Shown here: positions 16,990 to 29,765 of the stretch, piece after piece
Numbering within the stretch: the stretch's first letter is position 1
How the letters are laid out: the number at the start of each line of letters is the position of its first letter
DNA from: Ophelia neglecta
Lineage: Eukaryota
Length of the DNA: 64,000 nucleotides
Direction of reading: 5' to 3'
Assembly (NCBI GenBank): GCA_965285935.1
Contig: OZ260661.1
Coordinates: 139,066,001 to 139,130,000 of the forward strand
Position numbers and translations under genes: made by a program
The notes under the pieces: generated by a model
What the model saw: the letters and a program-made list of their open reading frames with translations, nothing else
What the model was told of the DNA's origin: nothing
The model's database searches: none

Positions 16990-18030
16990 ATTTGTTTTCA
17001 AATCTGACCACAACGTGGACAAATACATAAAAAGTGAAACTCGTCTTCCACATAATTTAAATCACACAGTTCACATAAGCGATCTTCCACCCTAACATTC
17101 CTATACCTGCCAATTTCAATGTTTAAAGGCAACACACCTGACCTGAATTGAGCCAAGCCACTCCTATATTGTTTAGTCATATTAAATTAAACATATTTTT
17201 CACAGATAAAGGACTATTTAAATTTACTATAGGTTCTAAGTTTAGGCTTGGCTTGTACCCCTGTCTTCCAGCTGTCTTCAATAATTTCGAAAAATCTTGC
17301 ATTTACTACATTTATCTCACAATGTTGTTTATCATACAATACATGTTATAATTGTAAACTTTCAAAAACTGGTCTGAATAAATTATTAACGAGTTGAAGA
17401 TCAGGAAAACTATATTCCTTGTCAGACGGTTTGGATTCATGCCTATAAACCAATTGTACAATTAACACAAAGGTTTCATGCGATAAAGTGATGGGGTCCA
17501 GGCAAAGTCTCCATGGAATCCATAAATAGGTGTACTGTGTGTTAGACAAAGGAAATATCTTTATGCCCTATTTTAAATGTTATCAATATTTTCAAATTTT
17601 TTACTCACTCCACAGTGCACCGAAATAATCTGTAATGGGGAAAACACACGAATCATACAAGTTCTTAAATGTGGCATGGCCATTATCTCGAAGAGATTTA
17701 AATTTTGAAAATAATCCCACCCAGGGACCTACCCCGGAACCCGCCAATATTTCAGAGCCATTCTTGTAAAGGTGTTCGTCTAGATACATCCCAAGGTATT
17801 TATATTTTGGAACAGTATCCAGACTTTCATGGCCATACATAAATACTGTATTAGATACTGATTTGCGTTTGCGCCTGAAATGTTCGTTTTTTTTTCTGTA
17901 TTTATAGACATTCTATTTCTTTCACACCATTCTTTCAAACAATCAATTAACTTTTAAAGCCTCATTTTAGATTCAGACGGAAGTATCATATCATCCGCAT
18001 ACTACAAAATAGAAAGTGTTAAATCATCCA
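16990..18030 (-). mobile_element. Degenerate non-LTR retrotransposon (LINE), 3' part
   Basis: YADD motif at ~17990-18002, KYKYLG, and a C-terminal LAQFRSGVLPLNIEIGRY...C..C....VEDEFHFL..C zinc knuckle. The frame is broken by frameshifts and stops. Confidence 0.85.
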
Positions 18031-18731
18031 ATGACCCTCCACTTTAAATTGCAGGGCCAAAATCCCATCAAAACTCCTATTAACACAAGATATAGTGAAA
18101 GATTTAGATACTGAATTCTTCACCAAAACACAATATAGTGCATAGCTTTGAGTGTAGCCATTTGGTGGATTTGGCCGGCATGTAGGCAGCTATCCGTTCG
18201 ACCCCGGTGGCGTCTAGGAAAAGGTCAGTGAAGATGTGATTAGTGGTCACCGCCATGGTAAGTGTTCAGTCTGGGGACACTCTGGCAAAATTTAATTGTG
18301 ATTGTTATTGGATGATAACATGATAACATAGACCCCAAGAAGAACGATGTAATTCAGACGGGGTATTTTTTCGTGACAAGGAAGTGAAAAGGTGTTTCAA
18401 GATAGATAAAAAAGAAGAAAAATTGCTGGTCTTCATGATATATTAATTAAGATGAGTATTTGACTAATGCAATATAAGATGATAATTTGTCTCCATGGCT
18501 GATTCTTATCACAAGGCACTGTAACATATGATTTGAAGAGCTGCCTTACAGGGGTCTCTTATTATTCAAAATTGACAAAGGGTACTCGTTATTCATTACG
18601 AACATAAACTGAGGAATTCAATTAGAGCGAAATCTTATTTATTTGCTATACTTGTAAATTGAAATTCGGACAAATCTTCCTCTTACCACCGTGCTAGTCG
18701 ATGTTAACGCCTCATTGCACACATACCAATG

Positions 18732-21700
18732 CTAATAAATACCTAGCGCAGCCAGCTGTTCAATTACACTGGGTAGATATCCACGCCTTTAAGAGAAATA
18801 TAGATTACTAAGAAGTAACGCTAATGTCAAATGTCTATATGATGTGATCATAGTTGCAACTATCTCAAAATTTGTTAATGTCATGACACGTGGCTGCTGT
18901 AAAAGAGGTTTTAATAAGCGGATTAATATACGGAACCTAAACCTGTGCGTTAGATTCTAACACATCTCATGCCTCATCATATAACAACATACATATTTCA
19001 TAGTAAATTATCACATCTGCTTACCAGGCTGCTTGTCCCTTGTTAGTTATAAGGTGGACCCCGTTCCATGTTATCTGGCCTCCAGCCCCAATAACGAATA
19101 ATACCCTGGCTTCAAATGCTTGTTTCAAAAGCTTCACTACTCGCTTACCCGCAGTAGTATCCTGTACGTATGCCTTGTGATGTTTACTACCGTACCTTAT
19201 GCCCTGTAAGTCAAGATGATAAAATTAGCAAAAAATACACCTGGATCTATTTAGATTAAATGAACTATTCTGAGATGATTTTCACTTTATAAGACGACAT
19301 TTATATTTAAATGTATACAGTATGTCAATAATGTTGTGGGTTCAGTTTGGATCAGCAACTAACTTTTGAATAAATATTTCAAATTATCCGTATTAGAAAG
19401 GATTGTGTTGATATGATGCAGTAGACATATCGTACCCGTTTTGTTTCTTAATATGCTCAGGAATGGATGATTAGTTTCATTCTCCGCCATCGGAGCTTAC
19501 AATTAAACATAAACACAACTCTTTACCTCGACTTCATGGTCGACATAGAAAGATACTTACTGTAGTCTTTACCCTCACCTGAACTTCAACCCGGAGGCTG
19601 TGCCTTGGTCGGACCTGTTTCTAAGGAATACAGATGTCTTTAAAATAAGTTTGATAAGTTACCTGTTGGTTTCCGGCAGGAAAATGAAATGATATTTCAA
19701 AAGTGCCGCCCTTGTTCCAGCATCCAGTAAGCTGGAGATCCATATGGTTGGTTGTCATAGTTCCATGTGGTTGTCCAGACGACCTGGTCGGCCTGGCTGT
19801 ACTGAGTTGGTTGAATAGAGAGTCTCCATACGCTCCAAAGTCGGAATCACTATACAGCCCATGATTTGGGTCGGTTGTATGTGCCTTGTACTGTGAATGT
19901 GGATATGGCAAAAACTGGTGTATGTTGTCTGTTTCGCCATGGTAATTTTCAACGCTTGGCGTTGTGTTCGGAATAAAATGTTCGTTCAATCTTGACGCCG
20001 ATCTCGTTTTGTAGTTAGCGTCTGGATGGGAATCGTCACGAAGTGTGTATAAATCAAGTTGTTGAAGTATAGAGAGGGCGGGCGATCTTCCGCTGCTTGA
20101 CTGCTCTCGTTGGTTGAGGTTTTTGACTGGAGCAAATGACAGGTTTGAGTCTTCCCTTGTACCGTACGAGTCGAAATCGTACTCTGGCTCCTGCGTAAAA
20201 TCTAGGTCTACATCATTGAAAGACCAGGTTCCTTGATTTAGAGAACTTTCATCGACATTTTGAGATTTAGGATGAGTTTGCAACATAGGACCCGGCAAAT
20301 TCTTATGGCCAGTGTGGACCAGTTTTTCGAGGAGCTCTCGCTTTGCCTGGTTTATATGCTGCTGATCGCCGATAATTTGGATTATTTCAGCATTGCAGTC
20401 AAAAACAACGTATTCATATTTTCGCTGCATGCCTCTAATCGTATCCGAGAGTTTACGTCCAGTGCACTGAAGTTTAGTGATGTCAATAGTTTCTTTGTGT
20501 ATTATGTCATTCAGTTCAGTTGCAATGAGTAAAACTTCCATCACACACTTGTCTACATCCTTCTTCGATCCTCTTATAAGTAAACCGTGCCCGTTCTCTT
20601 GTTCCACTGATTTGATTTTTACATCGCACAGCCTGCTTATTCTATCAAGGTCTGCCTTTCTAAACTGCTGTATATATTTGGACAACCGGTAATCTAAGTC
20701 TATTGTTTCGGTGATATGTTTGCTATTGAAAGATTCAGCTACATGGGTTAAAGTTTTAGATTGGAGTTTGTCAATGGTTTTCTTTGAGTTGCTGTCGACT
20801 ACCGATTTCATGGTCAAACTTGCAGCGTCATTTGTTGCCGTTACTTGTAACTTTCTCTGAAACGACTCGGCTAACTTCATCAAAGTAACCGACTGGTTAG
20901 TATCAATTATTTTCTTGTCGCTGTTGTCATCTAGGTTTATAGGGTGGGTCTGATTTGGCATAACACCCAAACAATCATGAAATTCAGAAACGATCAGTTT
21001 CTGTTGATTTATGTTATGTGATCTCTCTAATATCCGTACCACGACTGAAATATGAAAATGTACGCATATGCACAAGGTTTAGTACGATTCAATGTAATAT
21101 AACTTAATGTATACATTCCCTTTCTAATTGTTTTCATCGTTTACACACAAAAGAAACAACACAAAAAAATTCATAATAAGTACCTTCGTGGTCCTCATAA
21201 TGGATAAAAACACAATCTTGATCCGAATTCCTCTGGTATTGCACAATTTTTCCCCCTCCACTTCTTTGGCTTTCAAAATAGAGCTGGATTAAAAGGTCAT
21301 CAAGGCGTTTGACCCCTTCCACCTTGACAGCTGTAGACTTGCAAACCTTCTGTAGCCCTAGCATGTTACCCCGAAAAGGACGTACTCTCGTGAGTTCTCG
21401 CATCCTACTGAATTCTACAAATAACACAACACATATCACTGTATTCTATGTACAAATATGCAATCAGTAAAGCACCTGCTTTAATAAACGGGAGGCGAAG
21501 CAACAGTTCATTAGGACCGACTCCTAAAAAAGCACTGTTTTAAGTATGTTGTGTTTATGAAAGGAAATCTTGGGCAGATAGAAAAGGCGAGATTGTTCAT
21601 TCAATCAATGTGGAATATTGAGCAATAACTAATTAGCTATTTCAGTCCGCATACAAGAGGGGTTTGGCCTCTGTTTCTTTTCTTGTTTTTTGCCTCCCAA

Positions 21701-24700
21701 AGAACGCAGTGGCACTATTTCTTTTATATCATTATACATTTATAAAGAGACTCGTTATTGTCAAATGTTCATGTTGAATATAGTATTTTTTTCGAGAATT
21801 GGTTAATGATGTGAATCAAACGAGAGTGAAGATACACTAATTTTTATGTACATATACTGAACATAACTGTACAAAATTTTCTTTATATGTGAAGATCAAA
21901 TGATTTTTTTTCTGTCGGTACTTTTATATAAGAATTAAAAATATCTGTCTGGCTTAATATTAGATGCGTGGATTATCAGAAATGATATGCTATATATATA
22001 TATATTCTTCGAATGTTAATCATTTAGTCTAGTAGTCACATCTTTTTAAAGTGCAGTAGTCGCTTTACTCTTAAAGTCCTAATATGGTCTGGGTATTCAA
22101 TTAGGTCATTTCAATCTGTAAGGCTCCGTAGCTGAAGCGGGTCAAATCTTAACTGAGATTAAAATCAGAATTAAATTGCTTAATCGGCCTTAAATTGCTT
22201 AGGGTTTCTAAAAGCAGGATGCGCTCTTCCTATCCAATTTGGTCGTTAATTTATTCCTGATCAATAGAAACACGGATAAACGCAGTCTCAAGTAATCGGT
22301 TATAGACTAATATAATACCTACACGCAATACCGATTCCAGACACAAGGTACACGGCCCTCAAATTAAATGAAATAATCCACGAATGCTTATATTGGACAA
22401 ACCTATTGGACACTGGAAGGTCACCAAAGCTGTAGACATACTTTGACCCAGGATTACACCCTCGATAGGACTTGTAGCATGCTTCTCGAGAAATGCCTTT
22501 AGGTCCGTGAGCGTGCTGCCAAACGTAATATTAGTCACAAAAACTTTTTTATCATCAATACAACCATGTACATCTGGCATTATAATTGCAGCGGCAAGGG
22601 GTTTCACCGGTAAATGCATCTCCTTTGGCCACTGCGGGATACTAGCCACTCTTTCAGCAACTGGAACAATTGTTGAATAAATTAAAGTAAATAGCCTACT
22701 TTCCTGTTTAAAATTAATGGGATGATTGACAGAAATGAGTCCAGTTAATTTCTGGTGACACCTAGGGAAATATTCTACATAACTAATCTCTAAATATTTA
22801 ATGTCTTATAACTTTTAAAACCAATTATTAAAGACCCACATATAACATTTATTATCATATCAAAATGGCAATATTAAGATCGAATGTTTCCGAAAATGTA
22901 ATTGAAAATATTAATTTAACAATGCGAGGGTATCTTATAAACGCCTCCAAGTCCTTTTTCACATTCCCTACCTTTAGCAGATTTGAATGTGATGGTGACC
23001 GAGTTTGCAGATATCAGTTCGTCTGCATAGAATTCCTCTATTGTACCGCCTCCTGATCTGGGATCGCTCTCAAACCACCATTTGAGATACTCCCTTTCGA
23101 TAGCCTGGGGAATATTGGTAACAACGACTGCTAGGCTACAACCAGTGGTGACCGATTCTGTATATAGAGGAGATCTTTAAGAAAATTGTGTCCGGTCTAC
23201 TCGACAGATTAGAATATGCTATACAATAAACTAAAACTGTAGCAACTAAATTGTTATTATTAAGGTTCATCTTTAAACTATTCGCCGCGGTCATGTCAGT
23301 CAAATTGAAAGTGATACAGGAGGGAATCATTATAAGTGTATTCACACATTATCTTTCCCAATATTATTTTTTGTTGATAATAAAGAACCTATATAACATT
23401 GTTATAATAAGTTGAAACACTTTGTATCAGAAAGTTTTTTTTTTGTATCGCGAAAAGATATTTATTTGTATTTTATTCTATTGGTGGTTAAACATGATGG
23501 AAAATATAAGAATTACCTTCATTCCTGGCAGTGTCTCCCAAATGATTTCCGCACGAAAACCTACAATATATTAAAGCGATGACAGTTAAATATTTATTCA
23601 ACTTTATCAATTATGACGTTCTATTTCTTCCAATTTTCGTGGTTACCTGTTCGTAAGTCTGTTGAGGTATGGGTTTTGCACTGTTCTCAAAAATGAGGTA
23701 CTAAATGTGTACTCATAAAAAGTCGCAATGGCCCAAACATTTGCGCTCATTCATGCACTTTAAACAGAATTTTAATTTGCCATAATTCACGCTGCGCCTT
23801 AATTTCAAACTGATCGCCTCTTAGAGTAAATCAATGCTGACAACAAATCTTAACAAGTAATAATTTCGATTAACCTTTCCAAGATGACGATAAACGTGGG
23901 TCTTTTCGAAGGCACAAATACTAAACATCTGGTCATGATTTTCTCTGTATCCTGCACCTGCTTTCTCAGGCTGGTATAAGCCATAGAGTGCTGTGGTAAA
24001 CGTCGATCATTAAGAAATGAGGTTACACAGCGCCGAAAATCCTTCGATGTGTCAGGGTCATGCTCGAACTCTTTTTGGAATGGAAACTGAAAGTCAGGAT
24101 TCAGAAGACAATACAGTACACAGCCATAAGCCCAAACGTCAACCATTTTAAGTTCAGACATATTTGCGGATTTCAGATATCCAAGTATTGCCTCAGGGGC
24201 TTGGAACGGGATTGTTCCCCTGTCAACGTTTGCGGTGCGAGACGCTAGAATCGAATTAGTTTGAATGTTACAAGACCGTGCCTCTCCAAAGTCAGTTATC
24301 TTACACTCAATCACTATATTATCATCAAGAACTCCATTTTTGGTGTTCCCCACGAGGATATTGGACGGTTTAAGGTCTCGGTGAGCGATGTTGCTGTCGT
24401 GTAGGAATGCAAGTCCCTGAGCAGTGTTATTTGCAATAACCCTAATGATATCATACTCTTCTTGAAATAAACCAACAGCATCACATTCATGCAGCAATTT
24501 CAGAAGTTCACTTAGGTTTGTGACCACTTTGTTAATTCCGTATGGTTGTAAGTCGAAGGCCACATATTCCATTACAATGGCAAGTGGTTCAGCGACCGCG
24601 CCCAGTATTGACACTATATTAGGGTGATTCAATGCACAGAGTACATTCAACTCTTTGATCAATGTTTTAACGTATATTTCGTCATCGTCCTTTTGGTTCG

Positions 24701-25045
24701 TTTTCATTACACCTTTCGATTCTACAAATGAATAAGATAATTATTAAAACATTTGGTCAGTATCAAATTTTACTGTTATTTCGGACATACGATATGATAT
24801 AAGGATAACGTTAGTACACCCCGTTTAATAATGCACAATTAATTTGTGTTTATCAAACCCCTACCTCTTTTCAGTTTAAAAGTCACCAAATCTGCTCTAC
24901 CAAAAGAACCTGCCCCGATAGTCTTTTCAACCTTCAGGTCCTCTGGTGTCCATACTTTAACTCCAGCGCTTTCCAAAGCTTTTTTGCGGTTAATATGTTT
25001 ACACTTCAATTCGTGATAGTTCAGTTGGATTTTTGGTCTGTCCAT
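18732..25045 (-). CDS. Protein kinase - 3xRRM - KH - DTC fusion (RING-less DTX3L-like), ~1120 aa
   Basis: Nine exons form one open 3363-nt frame: 25045-24865, 24721-23875, 23560-23517, 23157-22972, 22660-22403, 21414-21184, 21044-19663, 19203-19025 and 18786-18732. All introns are GT-AG with matching phases. Kinase motifs are GAGSFG, VMK, KE, HRDLKPSN, DFG, APE and DVW. PARP14/DTX3L-type RRMs are WFESDPRSGGG and LYFESQRSGGG. The DTC reads GQPHGTM...FPAGNQQ / AFEARVLFVIG..ITWN / YLPSVIEQLAALGIY*. The kinase-to-RRM link depends on the donor AAG|gttaat and a 44-nt exon. Confidence 0.78.
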
Positions 25046-27578
25046 TTCTATAAGAAAAATGAATGATTTGACATTTCACATTGTTTCCGTAGCAATGAAA
25101 CCTATAACACTGAATCGCAACATATGATCGCCTAGTTGTTCCCGAAATATTTTCTACATTTGACTAGTTAAAAGCATCATACATTGGTCAAAAAATAAGA
25201 ATGGTAGATACGTAATGTGTTTAAACCATGCAGTGCAGAATGGGGAAATACACAAAACCGGATCACAGAAGGCATATGCATGACGTCAACACCAAATGTG
25301 CATCAAACGCCCGCGCTCTGATGAAGACATTTATGAAGCAGTTAAGTAGAAAAAAATGTTAAATTCTGCCATAAAATCTGCCCCTTAAATAACTTTGATT
25401 AACTATGTAAGGTTACTGTTTAGTAAGCCTAATTCATCAGCTATGCATCATTGTGGACTGGCTTTTCATCGCATCCTGGACTTGAGAAGTATTCACCGAA
25501 AAACGCTTAAACCAATGGAAATAAGGAATGTAGACAAATCAGTTTGCCCTCTGTAAACATATTGGCCAACTCTCAAAGCTGGCCGATTGATAGACACTGT
25601 CACACGCGATTTCAATATTTAATCAAAATTATTGCAATTAATAACTCAAAATTGGGAAAAAAACTTCTTGATATGCTATGGCTTTGATAACTTTCTCGTA
25701 GTAGTTTGCAAGAATTGAATAAATATCTCATTGCTGTAAGAGCGAATGGAACGAATCTTCTCACATTCAAAACTAATTCGAGATATGCAGTTAACCAAAC
25801 ACCTCCGGCTCAGATGCCTCAACTAGAGGTGTCTATGGAAAAAGCAGGGCATGTCAAATGAGAGGAAACGATCATGGATATAAAAGTTTGTCATGTAGGA
25901 ACACTCATTTCTTTGCCCTCTAATGATTTTGCTGCCATTTTGAAATTTGCTTTTATGTATCTAACATAATCATATGACGACTTTTCGGCTGGGACAAGTT
26001 GGAGTTTTTTTGTGTGATATATTAATCCAAGCAAATTATTATATGCCGCTTTATCAATCACTTAAACTAACGGGACATACATGGTGTCCCCTCTTGGAGC
26101 TTGTATCGCATGTATCCGCATGTATCGTCAGGGTACTCAGGTGGTGGTGGGGGCAATCTAGATGAGGGAGGCTATTTTACACTTTCCTTTATTATTTGGC
26201 GGGGCGGGGGGGGGGGGGGGGGCGGAGGGGGAGGGGTTAACGACTTTTTACCATACCCTTAGGAAAAAAAAATAGAAAATAAAGATATCTTTTGTTTATT
26301 TGCAAATGAAATTCAAACAATCATTGGCCCCTGCTTCGCGTCTCCAATCTTGTTCCCCAAATATTTGAAATTTAATCACCTTTTCTTCTTACTTTTCACA
26401 GTCTAACATATTTCTAGGTATCAGTATGTAAGGCATTATAGGCAACATTTGTAATGCAATGTGTGAAAACGGCCGGCTGACGTTCGGGGGGAGGGGGTGG
26501 GGTGTCGGTGTATGAATCTCCTGCTTTCTTTTCTGTATAGACTGGGCTGTTATGTATATTTGCATTTGTTTTGCTCAAGTTGGCGAAAAAAACCTTCTTT
26601 AAACCTTCTTTAAACCTTCATCTGTCAGAAATTCCTTGGTTCCATTATTTCGTGTAATATTTTTGGCTATGTTGCCATGGTAACCAACCATAATGCTAGT
26701 AATACACAAATTGCCGTAACTTGCTCATTATCAGTCACGAAGAGCTGGGTTTTAGCTCAAAATGATAACCTGTTTGTCAAGAACAATTTCTGGTAATAAA
26801 ATGTAGCAATCATAGCCTAATTTGCATAAATACAAGATGGCCACCATTTTCAATATTTGCTCATTTTTACCTTCTTTGGTTTGGCAAGCCAATATATTAA
26901 ACTATCATGTAATCATGTACGAAGTATGAAGATTACGATATTCATTTCTTGGTGTAAATATAAATATAAATATATGTATTAAGTGTATGAAGCTCTTATC
27001 GTGTTCATAAGGTCACGTTACCTGGCTCCATTTTTTTTTGTCAAAATTCTCAATTATTTTACTTAATTATGAAATCTTGACCAAATAGACCTTTTCAACA
27101 TAAACATTGTGTTTCAACAAAGATATCATGTGATTTAAACCTTAATTTAGTAACTTATGTTCATTATTATATTCTTAAAAAATTAAGGGAGATTGGGTCA
27201 AAAAGGTTTTGATTCTTTCAATAACAGGTGGGCGCGGGGGGGGGGGGGGGCTCGAAAAAGGTTTGAAGCTATACTTAAGGGGAAAGCAAAAATATCTGAA
27301 TAATTTTTTTCCCAAAGGATACCAAAAGACCCAGCTAAACTATTCCATTATTCAAAAGCGTGGCCGAGTTGTTAGGGCGTCCGCCTCGCAAGTTGCAGAT
27401 CGGGGAGCAAATCGCGTCAAACCCAAGACGTAACGAGACACTTAGGTGCAAAGCCCCTTTGGAATCCCGCGATAAAGTCATGGGCATAGGCCAAAAGTTT
27501 TAGCAGTCTTGTATCTCATCATTGAGTTGCTTGTCACAATCCTAAGAATACTTAATGTGAAATACTGAGGGCAAAAGT

Positions 27579-27853
27579 TAATATCGTCTGTAGAACAGTC
27601 ATTGGGTTAAATGCATTGACAAGTGTTCTGTTTTGCTAATCAACCACTCGTTTTAGATGAGCGATAATGGACGAATAAAAAAATAACAGGCGGCAACAAT
27701 GCAATGGGAATACTAGGTAATATCGTCTGTAGAACAGTCATTGGGTTAAATGTATTGACATGTGTTCTGTTTTGCTAATCAACCACTCGTTATAGATGAG
27801 CGATAATGGACAAATAAACAATAACAGGCGGCAACAATGCAATGGGAATACTG
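27579..27853. repeat. Two-copy 139-bp tandem duplication in the divergent intergenic region
   Basis: taatatcgtctgtagaacagtc...gggaatact is repeated at offset 139 with a few substitutions. Confidence 0.9.
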
Positions 27854-29524
27854 TTACCAAACTGATTTAACGAAAGCCAATGCCACACACACATATTATT
27901 TGATTCCTCAAATACGTATCTTCAGTTTAAGGACATCTAGGCCCTATCTCGTTTCTGTCATGTTAGCTTGCGAATCTTTTTCAGCCTTTTCTATGGATAA
28001 TAATTGGTCCATTGTGTTGGTCAAAGGCGATTAAAGATTATTTTATCAAATGATTATTATTTATAAGGTTCATTTGTAGATTCAACTAGAATTGCCATTG
28101 GCAGTAATGTGTCGCCACATACCTTATATGTTCGCTATTTAGGTCATGCCATATTTATCGCCTGTCAGCCAGAAAATTAGACGAGAAACAAAACACCCAT
28201 TATCCATTGGAGACTCCAGCGAGAAAGAACATCTTATTCTGGCCTAATCTGTATATGATAAGCGTATATGTAAGCTCTAATTTATGGGAATGTTGTAAAT
28301 CTGAAGGTTTGTATTGAACACCAAAGGTGGTGTGACTTTCATAGCCTACATAGCAAAATGAGGTCACGAATCTATCTCCGCTATGCTTCGCTTCGCGGGA
28401 TAAAAACAGATACTGATAGCTCCCCTGCCAGACGACCGGCATTTTCGTGGTGGTATCAGGACTGATCAACCAGTATAATGCAAACAGCGCGCACATTCCA
28501 TATGAACTAGTACACATGCACTCTTTTCACTGTAAACGCTCTATCTTCTTGAGCTATTAGTTTACAAATGTCTAGTATATACCTATATCCAGGGGCCTGG
28601 TCAAGGTGCCCTTCAGGAAAGAAAATATCGAGGGAATCTAATTTTAGTTGTAATCATATTTGGGGCCTATTTTATGGATTAAGAGGCACGAACAAGCAAG
28701 GGCCCCCACAGCCGTCGAAGTCAATTTCGTCAAAATTGCAATAAAAGGTAAAATCTGCCAAGTAACACTCGTATTTATAAATAGTTTTGAATAATGTCGA
28801 TATTAAAAATCTGTGCTTATTTGCCAACCAGCTTAAGAGGAACCAGCAGTATATATTTACTGCCCCAAGCAGCGTATACAGTACATCAGACAGATACATT
28901 GGGTCAGTAAAAGGATGTACATCACACACATCAAGGTTATGTATATGTGTCAACAAAGTAATGATTAGCAGCATAAACGAAAAGCAGTATTATAACGAGA
29001 CAGGCATTTATCGCCCAATCATTTGTTGGCCTACTAACTACTCTGGTCGCTGTATGCAGCACTGCGCTCTTAGGCGCTGCGAGAGAACAATGGAATAACC
29101 ATCGAAATGGGAATAGAATAGCGCCAGACATGATACGACATATAAAATACGAAATGAACTAGGATAGGAATACAATGCTCATCCATTTGGATCCCAGATA
29201 GCATACAAATTTTGGGCATCAGGGGACAGGCGAGTAGGGGGTCTTATAGGGCGGGGACCAAAGGAGTATGAGAAAAAACGACCAGGCCTGTTAAGAGCAA
29301 GGATTTGGCCATAAAACCAAAAATTCTGCTGGGCCTGAACGTCCTGCGCGCGCACGCGCGCTCACCCTTCTCCACCCCACGTAACAACCCGCTGTCAGTG
29401 AAGAACCAGAGGAGCAGTGCTAAATCGTGCAGTGTGGCGCTACAGCGCCGAATACGAAGACCCCAACTACCTTTTCAGGTTGATGGGGTACTAGGTCTAG
29501 ACCCTTTCTCACCAATTCTGACGT

Positions 29525-29765
29525 AAAAATAGGCACTTATAGCTCCCCTGCCAGGCGCCCGGTATTTCGGGGGTAGTATCAGGACTTGTCAACCCGATGT
29601 CAGTATAATGTGACTGGGTGGGGTTCCCTGTCTGGTGTCTACGGCAGGTACTCCAGTGAGGCAGCACTCTAAAGAGGGCATTGGGCCCACTGTCACAAGT
29701 AGGCACCGTGGCGATATGACCATATAAGTGTCAAATAAGTGTCACGTGAAACCCCAAACAACCCA
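29525..29765 (+). mobile_element. SINE body/3' fragment (Meta-SINE-like core)
   Basis: Reads ctcccctgccaggcg...gtcagtataatgtgactgggtgggg...gtgaaaccccaaacaacc. A diverged partial copy lies at ~28417-28480, and a tRNA-like A-box head at ~27360. The family assignment is from recall only. Confidence 0.55.

Noticed and set aside
19663-20300. RING domain in the kinase-DTC gene
   Set aside because: There is no Cys/His ligand pattern before the DTC in the open frame, and no intron there to hide one.
23850-24707. Kinase as a stand-alone single-exon gene, as the ORF track implies
   Set aside because: It lacks its G-loop without the 25045-24865 exon, and a phase-matched path into the RRM exons exists. 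A kinase-only isoform is not excluded.
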